A DNA stretch of 44,664 bases from a phage. The notes beneath the pieces are model-generated. The model searched no databases, was not told where the DNA came from, and saw nothing but the letters and a program-made list of their open reading frames with translations. A program made the position numbers and the translations under genes. Each line of letters starts with the position of its first letter. Position 1 is the stretch's first letter. This document shows, piece after piece, positions 17,182 to 26,950 of the stretch. The stretch lies in the sequence record OZ077758.1; one strand, 5' to 3'.

Positions 17182-20100
17182 CGATTATCTACGACGTCAC
17201 AGGGCATAAAGGCGGCGGCGGCAAACAGCACACCCCACAGGAGACGCCAGATAGCCTGCATTCGCTGGCTAAAATCCGCATCTTGCTTGCGCTGGGGGAA
17301 GGGGAATTCGAAAGTATTACCAGCGCCAGCGAATTGCGGCAGCGTGTTTACCTGGATGGAACGCCGATCCAGAACGCTGACTTGTCCGAAAACTTCCCTG
17401 GCGCGCGTGTGGAGTTCCGCCCCGGCACACAGCACCAGGATGTGATCCACGGATTTTCAGCGGTGGAAAGTGAGCAATCTGTCGGCGTAAAACTGGAAAA
17501 CGGTACGCCGTGGGTACGCCAGATTAACGATACCAGTCTGGACGCCGTTCGCATTCGCATCGGAATTCCGGCCCTGTACACTAACGAAGATAATGGCGAC
17601 CTGGTTGGCGGACGCATTGACTATAAGATCGTTGTGTATACGGATAACGCCGACCCGCGTGAGTTCAGATTCGCCGCCGTTGGTAAAACAATGTCGCTGT
17701 ATGAGCGCGACCACCGCATCGAATTACCGCCGAACGTGAATACCGGCTGGCGCGTGGAGGTGCACCGCATAACGGCAGACTCCACATCGGCGAAAGTGGT
17801 TAATGATATCCGGGTGCAGTCCATCACTGAGATTATTGACGCCCGCCTGCGTTACCCGCTAACCGCGCTGTTGTTTGTGGAGTTCGACGCCAAAGCGTTC
17901 CAGAACATCCCGCGCGTGTCCATCAAGTGCAAAGGTCGCAAAGTTCTAATACCGAACAACTACGACCCGATCAATCATACCTATTCCGGGGACTGGGACG
18001 GCACGTTTAAACGCGCATGGACGGATAACCCTGCGTGGCACTGGTACGATATTTGTATTACTGAGCGCTTCGGCCTCGGTCGGCGTATCAAACCGCAAAT
18101 GCTAAACCGATACGCGCTCTACCAGATTGCGCAGCGCTGCGATCAGTTGGTCAGCGACGGCAACGGTGGTCGAGAAATCCGCTTTAAGAATGATATGTAC
18201 ATTCAGTCACAGACGGATGCCTGGACCGTGCTTAAGGATTTAGCCGCCATCTTCGCCGGAATGACCTGGTGGGGCAACCAGATGTTGAATATCGTCAGTG
18301 ACCAACCGGTCGCAGCAGTGTCGCACACTATCACCAACGCCTCGGTTATTGATGGGCGCTTCGACTACGCGTCCGGTAGCCAGAAAACTCGGTACTCCAC
18401 GTTCGCAGTAGCATACGGCAACCCGAAGAACCACTATGAAGATGCTATCGCAACGGGGCAACGTGTCGAACTGGTACGCCGCCATAAGATTAACCGTCTT
18501 GATATTACGGCGATCGGCTGTACGCGTGAATCTGAAGCGCAACGTCGCGGGCACTGGGCGCTAATTTCCAACCAGCTTGACCAGCAAGTTAGCTTTAAAG
18601 TTGGCATGGAAGGGTTATTCTTTATTCCCGGTAGCGTAGTCGCGATCGCGGATACAAACATTTCTGGCGGTTTTGAGACGCGCGGCGGTCGACTGTTGTC
18701 GGACCCAGGAACTCGTACCGTGCTGAACACGGACAGCGAAATCACATTCCGCCCTGGCGATAAGTTCCTGGTACGCACCGATAGCGGTAATGTGGAGACT
18801 CGCGAGATCGCCAGCGTCAACGGCAACAAGGTAACGCTAAAAACCGCACTGGACGCCAACCCTATTCCTGACCAGCCGTTTTGCATTGATGGCGACGATA
18901 TCCAGTTGCAGAAATTCCGCATCACCGACCTGGAGTATGACGACTCTACGAGCACTTTCTCGGTGCGCGGGATTGAGTACAACGATAGCAAGTATGATGC
19001 CGTCGATAATGGCGCGCGCCTTGATCCGGGTATCTTTACGCAAGTGCCTGACGGGGTAATGAAGGGGCCGGAATCCGTGACCATCACCCCGTCGCAGATT
19101 TCATCGCAAGGGCAGCTAATCACCAACGTGGATATTGTATTCCCTCCGGTGAAGGATGCCGTGGTGTATGAAATCCAGTGGAGGCGTACCAGCCTTCAGA
19201 ATATGGAAATCCAGTGGGGTAACGACTGGGTGAATATCCCACGCACGGCGTCGAATGGGGCGCACATCCCTAACGTGTTCTCCGGTAACTACCAGGCACG
19301 CGTCCGCGCGATCGGTATGGGCGAGATTTCATCTCCGTGGGTGTCGTCCGCCATCACGCCGGTGGAAGGTCGTCTCGGTGGGCTTAACGCACCAATCATC
19401 ACCAACGCTATTTCGGGCCTTCACCAGATCTTGTGGAAGTGGAACCACAACAACGCCGCTACTGATATCTCGTACACCGAGCTTGAAGTGCGCAAGACCG
19501 GTGAGACTGAATGGAAATTCCTTACCAACGTCCCATATCCGGGGGCGGAGTATGCGCAAACATCGCTGGAGTTCGGAATTTACCAGCAGTTGCGCGCCCG
19601 TGTAGCGGATAAAATCGGCAACCTGTCGGACTGGTCGGCCCCGTTTGAAGGGCAGGTGAGTGACAAAGTTGACGAGTACATGAAGGGGCTTGATGACGAG
19701 TTCTTGACTTCCGAGGATGGTAAACGCTTCCAGGAAGCAATCAACACGATCCCGCAGGGTATTTACGAGGCGATGCTCACCGACGCGCAGCAATTGTTCA
19801 ACGCCCGCGCCGAGTACAAGGGTATTTATGCGGAAATCTCGGTCGCGTATAACGTGGCGGCGGACGCCCACAAGGCGGTCGCTCAACTGGAGACGTTGAT
19901 CGGCACGCGACTTGATGACGCGGAAGCTGCGATCCACACGTTGCAGACCGCGCAGAGCACACAGGAACAAGCGTTCGCCCAGTATCAGCAAACTGTTGCC
20001 GCTAAGTTCGGGGAACAAGAAGCCGCCATCCAGCAGGTACAAACGGCAACGGCGGACGTGGCGGGCGCACTTGCGGAGTACAAAACCCAGGTGGCGGCAC

Positions 20101-20597
20101 AGTTCGGTCAGCAGTCCGCAGCTATCGAGCAGAAGATGACGTCAACGTTTAACCATGCGGGTGGTAGCGCCACCTACAGCCTTAAGGCGGGCGTGACGTA
20201 TAACGGGACTTACTATGATGCCGGTATGCAGCTTTCCGTTGTGACGTCGGGCAACGCGGTTAAATCGCGTATTGCGTTCAAGGCGGACCAGTTCTACATC
20301 ATGCACCCATCCAATGGGACGCTTTCGTCCGCGTTTATTGTGGACGGCGGACAGGTGTATATCGACACGGCACGCATCAAGAACGCGTCCATCAACTTCG
20401 CGCAGATAACAGACACGCTGCAATCGAATAACTACGACGGCAGCACGCGCGGCTGGCGCTTAGGGAAAGATGGAACGTTTATCAACCTGGGCACCGGTAG
20501 CGGCGGCGGGATGAAACAGACGAACACAAGAATCAGCGTGAAGGACGGAAACGGCGTTCTCCGCGTGCAGATTGGTGAGCTTACTGGTAGCTGGTAG
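17178..20597 (+). CDS. central tail fibre / host specificity protein (gpJ-like)
   Basis: 1139 aa, overlaps gpI stop; size and position of lambda J. Confidence 0.85.
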   Translation: MTIIYDVTGHKGGGGKQHTPQETPDSLHSLAKIRILLALGEGEFESITSASELRQRVYLDGTPIQNADLSENFPGARVEFRPGTQHQDVIHGFSAVESEQSVGVKLENGTPWVRQINDTSLDAVRIRIGIPALYTNEDNGDLVGGRIDYKIVVYTDNADPREFRFAAVGKTMSLYERDHRIELPPNVNTGWRVEVHRITADSTSAKVVNDIRVQSITEIIDARLRYPLTALLFVEFDAKAFQNIPRVSIKCKGRKVLIPNNYDPINHTYSGDWDGTFKRAWTDNPAWHWYDICITERFGLGRRIKPQMLNRYALYQIAQRCDQLVSDGNGGREIRFKNDMYIQSQTDAWTVLKDLAAIFAGMTWWGNQMLNIVSDQPVAAVSHTITNASVIDGRFDYASGSQKTRYSTFAVAYGNPKNHYEDAIATGQRVELVRRHKINRLDITAIGCTRESEAQRRGHWALISNQLDQQVSFKVGMEGLFFIPGSVVAIADTNISGGFETRGGRLLSDPGTRTVLNTDSEITFRPGDKFLVRTDSGNVETREIASVNGNKVTLKTALDANPIPDQPFCIDGDDIQLQKFRITDLEYDDSTSTFSVRGIEYNDSKYDAVDNGARLDPGIFTQVPDGVMKGPESVTITPSQISSQGQLITNVDIVFPPVKDAVVYEIQWRRTSLQNMEIQWGNDWVNIPRTASNGAHIPNVFSGNYQARVRAIGMGEISSPWVSSAITPVEGRLGGLNAPIITNAISGLHQILWKWNHNNAATDISYTELEVRKTGETEWKFLTNVPYPGAEYAQTSLEFGIYQQLRARVADKIGNLSDWSAPFEGQVSDKVDEYMKGLDDEFLTSEDGKRFQEAINTIPQGIYEAMLTDAQQLFNARAEYKGIYAEISVAYNVAADAHKAVAQLETLIGTRLDDAEAAIHTLQTAQSTQEQAFAQYQQTVAAKFGEQEAAIQQVQTATADVAGALAEYKTQVAAQFGQQSAAIEQKMTSTFNHAGGSATYSLKAGVTYNGTYYDAGMQLSVVTSGNAVKSRIAFKADQFYIMHPSNGTLSSAFIVDGGQVYIDTARIKNASINFAQITDTLQSNNYDGSTRGWRLGKDGTFINLGTGSGGGMKQTNTRISVKDGNGVLRVQIGELTGSW

Positions 20598-20603
20598 TAT
20601 AGG

Positions 20604-20622
20604 GGCTTCGGCCCCTTTTTAA
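20604..20622 (+). terminator. rho-independent terminator after gpJ-like gene
   Basis: GGGGCTTCGGCCCC hairpin followed by TTTTT. Confidence 0.65.
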
Positions 20623-20633
20623 CGAGGTTATTT

Positions 20634-20936
20634 ATGGCATTCGGTATCGCAACGTGGGACGCGCAAGGACGCCCAAACAACTACGGCATTAAACCGGTAA
20701 GCGTGGTCGGAAGGATTCATCTTGCGGAAGGACAAAAATCAGGCGCATGGTCATTCCCTGTACCGGCGGGGATGAAGGTCGGATACGTGGTCGCACTGGA
20801 TAAAGGCGCGGTCGGGCCAGGCCGCAGAATAACCGCCAGCGGGAACACTATCACGGTATCCGCGGCAAGTGCGGTAGGTGGCGGGGTTTACTCCGCATCT
20901 GAATGTGACGTTATTGTTTTTGTGGAGCGAGCATAA
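20634..20936 (+). CDS. hypothetical protein (tail-tip region)
   Basis: 100-aa ORF directly after gpJ terminator; coupled (ATAATG) to next ORF. Confidence 0.5.
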   Translation: MAFGIATWDAQGRPNNYGIKPVSVVGRIHLAEGQKSGAWSFPVPAGMKVGYVVALDKGAVGPGRRITASGNTITVSAASAVGGGVYSASECDVIVFVERA

Positions 20937-21610
20937 TGGCTAATTACGGCGCGTTGATTGACTTACCAAACGGCAACCCGTTTATCACACCAGAATCGAC
21001 GCCGTTTTGTCTATTCCGCCGTGTGGTTGTTGGGTCTTCGGCTAACGGCACTGCGCAGTCGGCGGCTGCCGATATTAATTTGGGTGGTGACTACCCTGCA
21101 ATAGCGTTTGTGAAAACTACGCACACCGCCCAGCCGACCGTCGTAGGGTCTTCTCGCGTTGGTAATGTGGTGAAGGTGAGCGCCAGCAATCCATTCGGGC
21201 AAGGCTTCACGATGACGGCTTACATCTTTGCCATATTCCCACAGACCCTTCCGCGGTGGGGCTTCGCTATTTGGGATAAGACGGGGAAGCTAGTGCTTAC
21301 TAATGAGAGTCGCGTACTAAGTGATTTAGTTACCGTCGGATCGCCAGGCGCTAACGGGGGGATTAACATTGACCAGACGCTAAACGGCAGCTACGCCGTC
21401 GCTCCGGGCATATTGGGGTCTACGCTGATCCGGTTTTTTGTGCAGGGCCAGCCGCAAGTAATATCGGTGACGGCGTACACGGGGGCCAGATTTGATGGGT
21501 CGCGAACGCGTATATCAGCAGCGTCGTCGGGGAACGCCACAGGGGATGTGGTAGGGTATACTAACAACGGCAACGCGATTATGGCGATTAACACCGCCAA
21601 TTATGATTGA
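20936..21610 (+). CDS. hypothetical protein, possible receptor-binding or tail-associated protein
   Basis: 224 aa, Gly/Ser/Thr-rich; position between gpJ and the exclusion-like lipoprotein. Confidence 0.5.
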   Translation: MANYGALIDLPNGNPFITPESTPFCLFRRVVVGSSANGTAQSAAADINLGGDYPAIAFVKTTHTAQPTVVGSSRVGNVVKVSASNPFGQGFTMTAYIFAIFPQTLPRWGFAIWDKTGKLVLTNESRVLSDLVTVGSPGANGGINIDQTLNGSYAVAPGILGSTLIRFFVQGQPQVISVTAYTGARFDGSRTRISAASSGNATGDVVGYTNNGNAIMAINTANYD

Positions 21611-21612
21611 AG

Positions 21613-21636
21613 AAAGCCCCGAAAGGGGCTTATTTG
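21613..21636. terminator. hairpin terminator between convergent genes
   Basis: AGCCCCGAAAGGGGCT hairpin with flanking T-rich sequence on both strands. Confidence 0.5.
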
Positions 21637-21848
21637 CAGGTGGTGCTTTTGAAGTGGTCGACCGACACATACTGGAAGTTGAACGGATACCCCGCCTTGA
21701 GCATTTTGTGCCCGCTAAAGTCGGCGACACCGAACACCGGTACAGAATACTCCATACCGCTATTCATATATGTCGCGTCGCAGATTTTAGACGGCATACC
21801 GGCACAACCGGACAGAAGAACCGCACAAATCATAATTAAAGTTTTCAT
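21630..21848 (-). CDS. small lipoprotein, candidate superinfection-exclusion (Llp/Cor-like role)
   Basis: 72 aa from ATG 21848..21846 with strong RBS AGGAGA; signal peptide MKTLIMICAVLLSGC with lipobox LSGC; opposite strand to flanking tail genes. Confidence 0.65.
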   Translation of the reverse strand: MKTLIMICAVLLSGCAGMPSKICDATYMNSGMEYSVPVFGVADFSGHKMLKAGYPFNFQYVSVDHFKSTTCK

Positions 21849-21927
21849 GTTATCATCTCCTATATTTGGTTGAGTTTTAGTATTACACCTCTCAACCAGG
21901 ATTGCAACCAATTATGAGGATTCAGCT

Positions 21928-23841
21928 ATGGCAGCGGGTACACTATCCGTAACGAATAACAGCAAGGCGGTTGTCGGGGTCGGCACAACGTTTACGGCGT
22001 TTAAAGCGGGCGACTTCTTAACGCTGGTGGTGGGTCAAGTCCCCTACACCGTAGCGATCGCGTCCGTTGAAAGTGCAACCGCGCTAACGCTGGTGCTGCC
22101 GTTCGACGGCCCTACGGCAACCGGCCTAGCGTGGGATGGCGTTAAGCGCGACACCATGTCGCTGGCGACGATGGGCGTAACCGTCCAGGCACAGAAAGCG
22201 TTGCGCTTGATGATCGCAGATGAAAACAACTGGCGTGCAATCTTCGGCGACGCTGAAGAAATCACAGTGACGTTACCTAACGGGCAAGTTATGCAGGGCA
22301 TGTCGTGGGGCTATTTGTCCTCCTTGCTGAAGGAAGTAGACCCCGTTGAGATGCGCAACCTTCAACAACAGGCCGAGACGGCGAAAAACCAAGCTGTTAC
22401 CGCTAAGGGGCAGGCAGAATCGGCGCGCGACGCAGCTAATACGGCGAAGACTGGGGCGGAGACGGCACGCGACGCCGCTAATACTGCGAAGACCGACGCG
22501 CAGACCGCAAAAGGCCAGGCCGAATCCGCACGCGACGCCGCTAATACTGCGAAGACCGGAGCAGAGAACGCTCGCAACCAGGCGCAAGGCTACCGTGATG
22601 AGGCGGAAGGTTTTAAAAACCAGATTAACCCTGCACTATTCGTGCAGAAGTCCCAAAACCTGAATGACGTTGCCGATAAAGCTGAGGCGCGCGCTAACTT
22701 GCAAGTTTTATTTGCGTCAAACTCTAACCTGGGGGCTACCGACCTCAACACGCTCAACAGCACGAAGGAAGGGCGTTATTACCAGACCACATCGGTGAAC
22801 GCTACACCAGAGCGTAACTACCCGTTTCAGGAAGCCGGTTGTCTTACCGTGTTTAAAACCGGCGGGGGTAGTGTGGAGGCTTGCATCCAGGAGTACACCA
22901 CGTTTTCAAGCCTGCGTCGGTTCGTCCGTTCGCTCGCTGGGGCGGTGTGGACGGAGTGGAAGGAGATCTACCTGCAAGGGTCGTCCCCAACATACGAAAA
23001 TATCGACTCGACAGGACGAGTTAGATCTGAAAAGGCATATCCAGCGTTCGAGTGGGTGTCGACGAGAGTAGCCGACGATTTCATCGGTAAGCGAGTCAGC
23101 ATTGAGAACGACACAGGCGTTAATATGTATATGTTCTTCATGCAGAAAGACACAACCGCAAACAGACGTGTCGTAGCGTTCGCAAGGCCAAACTCTACTG
23201 TTTTCCACTTCGTAGGGTATAACGGCGGGCTACCTACCGACGGCAACAGTGCGCCGTCAAATACCATCAACTTTAACACGCAACCGCAAGGCTGGCGTCT
23301 GGTGTCCGGCGGCTGGCAAAATGCACCGCTAGCCGGTAACAATTACGGGACACTATTCACGCAATGTATGCAGGGTGTCGCGCAAGGGGATTCGAAAGAC
23401 AACGGTACATCTGGCTTGTGGTATTCACAGCGATATTTTAATACCGAGTCTAGGGTGTTCATCCGAAATCAAACAAACAACGCCGCCTGGACTGGCTGGT
23501 ACGAGCTTACTAAAACAGCAGTATCGGATGAACGCCTGAAGAATGTAAAAGGTAATTTGAATGTTGAAGGTGCGCTCGATAACATCAACCGCATGGAATT
23601 TAAAATATTCTCGTTTAAGGATGAGAAGGCCGGTAAGGGGTATCGTCGCGGTGTTATCTCGCAGCAGATTCGCCAGATCGATAAAGAGTACACGAAGGAG
23701 ATCGGCGGGTACTATCACCTCGACCAGACACCAATGCTACTGGACGCCCTAGCGGCAATTAAGGCGTTGCGTGCGCGTGACGAGGCTAATAAAGCAGAGA
23801 TTGCAGAACTGAAGGCGGCTATTGCCGAATTGAAGAAATAA
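21928..23841 (+). CDS. tail fibre with C-terminal intramolecular chaperone (peptidase S74) domain
   Basis: 637 aa; tandem 20-residue repeats (ARDAANTAKTGAE...) encoded by nucleotide repeats around 22380..22600; C-terminal SDERLKNV motif and coiled-coil tail characteristic of the self-cleaving chaperone domain. Confidence 0.8.
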   Translation: MAAGTLSVTNNSKAVVGVGTTFTAFKAGDFLTLVVGQVPYTVAIASVESATALTLVLPFDGPTATGLAWDGVKRDTMSLATMGVTVQAQKALRLMIADENNWRAIFGDAEEITVTLPNGQVMQGMSWGYLSSLLKEVDPVEMRNLQQQAETAKNQAVTAKGQAESARDAANTAKTGAETARDAANTAKTDAQTAKGQAESARDAANTAKTGAENARNQAQGYRDEAEGFKNQINPALFVQKSQNLNDVADKAEARANLQVLFASNSNLGATDLNTLNSTKEGRYYQTTSVNATPERNYPFQEAGCLTVFKTGGGSVEACIQEYTTFSSLRRFVRSLAGAVWTEWKEIYLQGSSPTYENIDSTGRVRSEKAYPAFEWVSTRVADDFIGKRVSIENDTGVNMYMFFMQKDTTANRRVVAFARPNSTVFHFVGYNGGLPTDGNSAPSNTINFNTQPQGWRLVSGGWQNAPLAGNNYGTLFTQCMQGVAQGDSKDNGTSGLWYSQRYFNTESRVFIRNQTNNAAWTGWYELTKTAVSDERLKNVKGNLNVEGALDNINRMEFKIFSFKDEKAGKGYRRGVISQQIRQIDKEYTKEIGGYYHLDQTPMLLDALAAIKALRARDEANKAEIAELKAAIAELKK

Positions 23842-23847
23842 ATAGAA

Positions 23848-23870
23848 GGGGCCGTATGGCCCCTTTTTTA
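23848..23870. terminator. bidirectional terminator after tail fibre gene
   Basis: GGGGCCGTATGGCCCC followed by TTTTTT; same hairpin family as 4981..5003. Confidence 0.7.
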
Positions 23871-24443
23871 GTTTGAGTTTTCCCAGTCCATTTTGCGCCG
23901 CACTAGCGGGCTTTCGTAATACTCCTTCCCATCCACTTCCACTAAGGGCCAGTCATTAACAATGACGTAAGGCTCTGCGATATCCTCGATCACGCCGTGC
24001 GCACTATGTTGCCCGAAATCTACGCCCACCAGGATAACCCCGGCAACGCGACGAGTGAGATACTCGCGAGCGCAACGCGCCTCTACCAGTCCGCGACGTA
24101 TGCCACTGGTGGCCTTAACCTCGTAGGTCCAGACGGCATCGATCACATGTTCGCGGAAGTCGGGGCCGGATTTAACCTTGCGCTTGCCAACCATGATAAT
24201 ATCGCCGCGGTCGATAGTGTTAGCGCTAAACAGGCCGGTACGCATTAGCAAACCTTGCGGGATACAGCTACGCCCGCCCGCCTGCCCTTCGAGGTACATG
24301 CCCGCAAACATTTCGCCCAGCACACCGACGAGTCTGCTTTGCTTGCACGCGTCGGACTTATACCGCCACTGGTCAAACTCGATGCTTGCGATCATTGCCG
24401 CCAGGTGGAATTGTTTACCTGATATTTCATATTCGCCGTACAT
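23868..24443 (-). CDS. hypothetical protein (weak PD-(D/E)xK-like pattern)
   Basis: 191 aa, RBS GGGGGA; possible D...EVK motif (GDIIMV ... YEVKA); last gene of leftward block. Confidence 0.5.
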   Translation of the reverse strand: MYGEYEISGKQFHLAAMIASIEFDQWRYKSDACKQSRLVGVLGEMFAGMYLEGQAGGRSCIPQGLLMRTGLFSANTIDRGDIIMVGKRKVKSGPDFREHVIDAVWTYEVKATSGIRRGLVEARCAREYLTRRVAGVILVGVDFGQHSAHGVIEDIAEPYVIVNDWPLVEVDGKEYYESPLVRRKMDWENSN

Positions 24444-24485
24444 TGTGAATCCCCCATTGCCGCGGGCCGAAGCCCGCGATTAGTT

Positions 24486-24995
24486 TTATTTCAGCGCGCT
24501 ACGTACCAGTGTTTTTTCCATGTTGCGGAAGTCTTCCGGCGTCATGAGGATTTTGGACCCGTCTTCGCCGGTGAGCACGACCATAGGCTGGACTTCTTGG
24601 GCCGCAATGCCGAAATTAGCGGCTTTAACCGTTTTACCGGGGGTAAATGCGTCGCCTGTTTTGACGGGCCAACCTTTGAGGCTATCGAATTGTGCTGCCG
24701 TTGTATCGATCTGAATCTCGTCATGCACGGTCATGTAAGACTCGCCCAGCAGGGCGGCATACGCCACCAGGTCCACGATGTTATCTTCCTGGTGCTTACG
24801 GGTCTGGCGCACCAGCTTCAGGCAGATCAGGAAGGTCCAGGCTTCTTGCTCGGTAAGGTCGCGCCCGGTAAGCGCGTTAAACACGGCGGCGGTCTGTTTA
24901 GCGCTGCGTTCTTCTTTCGCGTTGTCATAGCCGTTTTCTTTCCCGCGCTGTTCCATAGTGGTGGCGGCGTTTTTGCAGTATTCGTATGCTTTCAT
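24486..24995 (-). CDS. hypothetical protein (conserved phage alpha-helical family, function unknown)
   Basis: 169 aa from ATG 24995..24993 with RBS AAGGAAAA; the longer track ORF to 25121 is rejected. Confidence 0.55.
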   Translation of the reverse strand: MKAYEYCKNAATTMEQRGKENGYDNAKEERSAKQTAAVFNALTGRDLTEQEAWTFLICLKLVRQTRKHQEDNIVDLVAYAALLGESYMTVHDEIQIDTTAAQFDSLKGWPVKTGDAFTPGKTVKAANFGIAAQEVQPMVVLTGEDGSKILMTPEDFRNMEKTLVRSALK

Positions 24996-25047
24996 TATGT
25001 TTTCCTTTTTAGTGGGGGAGGTATGGCCCCCAACGTGATTAAGATAC

Positions 25048-25069
25048 TGCAACCAACCTATTGGTTGCA
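25048..25069. promoter_or_regulatory. perfect palindromic operator TGCAACCAA-N4-TTGGTTGCA
   Basis: inverted repeat of the TTGGTTGCA motif, overlapping the 3' end of the HAD gene and upstream of gene 24486..24995; adjacent TTGCAAGTGAATTTTGC 17-mer also found at 5822..5838. Confidence 0.55.
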
Positions 25070-25528
25070 AGTGAATTTTGCAACGTTTATCGCATAAATC
25101 TTCGGGACTAGATCGCCGCACGCCCGACGAATTGCCGCGATGTTCTTCGGACAGTCTTCAATGATGACCAGTTCCGACACGTCCGCATAGCAGACCATTT
25201 TGAACACGGCGCACGCCTTAAACTCTGGTGGCGGGGTGTCGTCCAGCATGTGGCGCATAAACAACCGGCCTACCGGGAAGATCTCCAATTGCTCGGCGGT
25301 GGTGTCCCAACATTCTCGCTGCCGGTTGGTCAGATACGCGATCTCGAAGCCTCGCTCTTTGTACATGCGCAGCAACGGCAGCATATCCATATTCAGGTCT
25401 TCGCGTACGTGCGCCTTGTGCCACTTCGCCCAAAAGGTGGATTTAGTTTTTATACCAGGCACCAGGTCGGCGCGCGCATCGCTTGAGCCATTAATAACGC
25501 CATCCAAATCGCAAATCAGTAATTTCAT
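25058..25528 (-). CDS. HAD-superfamily hydrolase (possible nucleotidase/phosphatase)
   Basis: 156 aa; HAD motif I LLICDLDGVI at N-terminus. Confidence 0.5.
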   Translation of the reverse strand: MKLLICDLDGVINGSSDARADLVPGIKTKSTFWAKWHKAHVREDLNMDMLPLLRMYKERGFEIAYLTNRQRECWDTTAEQLEIFPVGRLFMRHMLDDTPPPEFKACAVFKMVCYADVSELVIIEDCPKNIAAIRRACGDLVPKIYAINVAKFTCNQ

Positions 25529-25749
25529 TTTAAGCTCTCAATAAGGGTTTGTCGGGCGCTGCGCGCGGTGTAGGAGTTGCACACGAAATGGCAACGTCGG
25601 GTAATGACAAGCCACCCGGTAAGGTCCATGCCCAAGATGTGTTCAGGCCGTGACACGCGACGCACACGATCGCGGCGCGGGTCGATGTTATAGTCTTTTT
25701 GCATTTGGTCTACGACCGCGTGGTCGCGGTCAACGATTAAGATATTCAT
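25525..25749 (-). CDS. hypothetical protein
   Basis: about 74 aa from internal ATG; overlaps neighbours, weak RBS. Confidence 0.3.
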   Translation of the reverse strand: MNILIVDRDHAVVDQMQKDYNIDPRRDRVRRVSRPEHILGMDLTGWLVITRRCHFVCNSYTARSARQTLIESLK

Positions 25750-26215
25750 GTAGCTCACTCTCGCTCATTATTTCAATTTGTGCGCTGCCGATGGGCGGCG
25801 CTTCGTCAAAGATTATCAACTGCTGGCACTTGTTATTGCTAGGCCCGACTTCGCCGGTGACGGCGTGTATAAATCTAATCCGCCAGTCCAGAAGAATTAT
25901 CAGGTTTGCAGTCTTCCTGGCCAGCTTCGCCCACTTCGTCGACGTGTCCTGATTCAGTAGCATGACCGTCCGGCGTCCGTGCGCTGCGCACTCTACCCAC
26001 GGCAGTGGATCGGAGTACGGCGGATTGCACCACTTCCACCCTTTCAACTCGGACCAGTCCACATCAAGCGCGCTGTGTTCTGCAGTGAAGTAACGCGGTA
26101 GCAGGTGGTTTGCATCGCTTGCCGCCATATCGTAACGGAATCGGTACTTCCGGCGCAGCGGTTTAAATAAAGCTGGCGGCGTGCGCCAGCTATCTTTTTG
26201 CTCACTCTTCTGCAT
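25730..26215 (-). CDS. DNA N6-adenine methyltransferase (phage Dam-like)
   Basis: 161 aa; catalytic NPPY motif (WCNPPYS) and N-terminal WRTPP..LF region typical of small phage Dam methyltransferases. Confidence 0.7.
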   Translation of the reverse strand: MQKSEQKDSWRTPPALFKPLRRKYRFRYDMAASDANHLLPRYFTAEHSALDVDWSELKGWKWCNPPYSDPLPWVECAAHGRRTVMLLNQDTSTKWAKLARKTANLIILLDWRIRFIHAVTGEVGPSNNKCQQLIIFDEAPPIGSAQIEIMSESELHEYLNR

Positions 26216-26660
26216 GGTCGGTGTCTATCGCATAAAGTGGAACCTTGCCTCCTTTACCAATGACGCGTTGCATGCGCTTTAAATCCTCGACACTAAGCGC
26301 TTTCGGGGAGATGCTGCCGTTTGTAGGGTTGCGCCACGCCATAAGCACAAGGTCTTTCCGGGCGATCGAAGACTGGCGGCCCTTCGGACGCACGTACTCC
26401 TCCGCACGTTTGCAATGCTCGCGCAGACCTTCGGCAGTGATGCGGTTTAGCGCGACGGTGGTGGTGTATCCGGTGCGCTGCATAATACCCATCAACTCAT
26501 ACAGCAGGTCGAAGCGCTCCTCTAATTCCTTGCGCGCCTTCTCCTCGCCTTCATAGCTCGCCAGGTAGGTGTCCGCCAGCGCGTTCGCGCGTTCGGCCTG
26601 TTCGCGGGCTTCGAGGCATTGCGCGGCCCAGTAATTTTTTTCTTCTTGTAAAATTTTCAT
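26202..26660 (-). CDS. hypothetical protein (coiled-coil)
   Basis: 152 aa, charged helical N-terminal half. Confidence 0.5.
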   Translation of the reverse strand: MKILQEEKNYWAAQCLEAREQAERANALADTYLASYEGEEKARKELEERFDLLYELMGIMQRTGYTTTVALNRITAEGLREHCKRAEEYVRPKGRQSSIARKDLVLMAWRNPTNGSISPKALSVEDLKRMQRVIGKGGKVPLYAIDTDHAEE

Positions 26661-26903
26661 CTATTTAGTCTCCGTAGTGCGGATTTCATCGCGTGGAATA
26701 AATTTGCCGTCCATCTCTACCCAGCAGACACCATAGCGCCATTGGGTGTTGCGACCTGTTTGCTCCGCGTACACAGTCCGGCATTCGTAGCGTTCCGAGT
26801 AGTAGACACCCGCGGCAGGTACGCAAACACAAACGGCAATCATGAGGGTGAGGAGCACCCAAAACCGAAGGTCGCCGTCGTAGTCGAAAAATAATGATTT
26901 CAT
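26661..26903 (-). CDS. small membrane protein
   Basis: 80 aa; hydrophobic helix WVLLTLMIAVCVCVPAAGVYY; RBS GGAGA. Confidence 0.5.
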   Translation of the reverse strand: MKSLFFDYDGDLRFWVLLTLMIAVCVCVPAAGVYYSERYECRTVYAEQTGRNTQWRYGVCWVEMDGKFIPRDEIRTTETK

Positions 26904-26920
26904 ATCACTGTCTCCGGGTA

Positions 26921-26948
26921 TTAAAAAGGGCGTCCAAACCGGACACCC
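26921..26948 (-). terminator. rho-independent terminator (minus strand) at operon boundary
   Basis: minus strand GGGUGUCC-GGUUU-GGACGCCC hairpin followed by TTTTTAAT; sits just downstream of the promoter -10. Confidence 0.55.
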
Positions 26949-26950
26949 TC

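Noticed and set aside
21902-21930. + strand promoter for the tail fibre gene using the palindromic TTGCAA at 21902
   Set aside because: No acceptable -10 at 16 to 18 bp spacing before the ATG at 21928; the tail fibre promoter remains unidentified.
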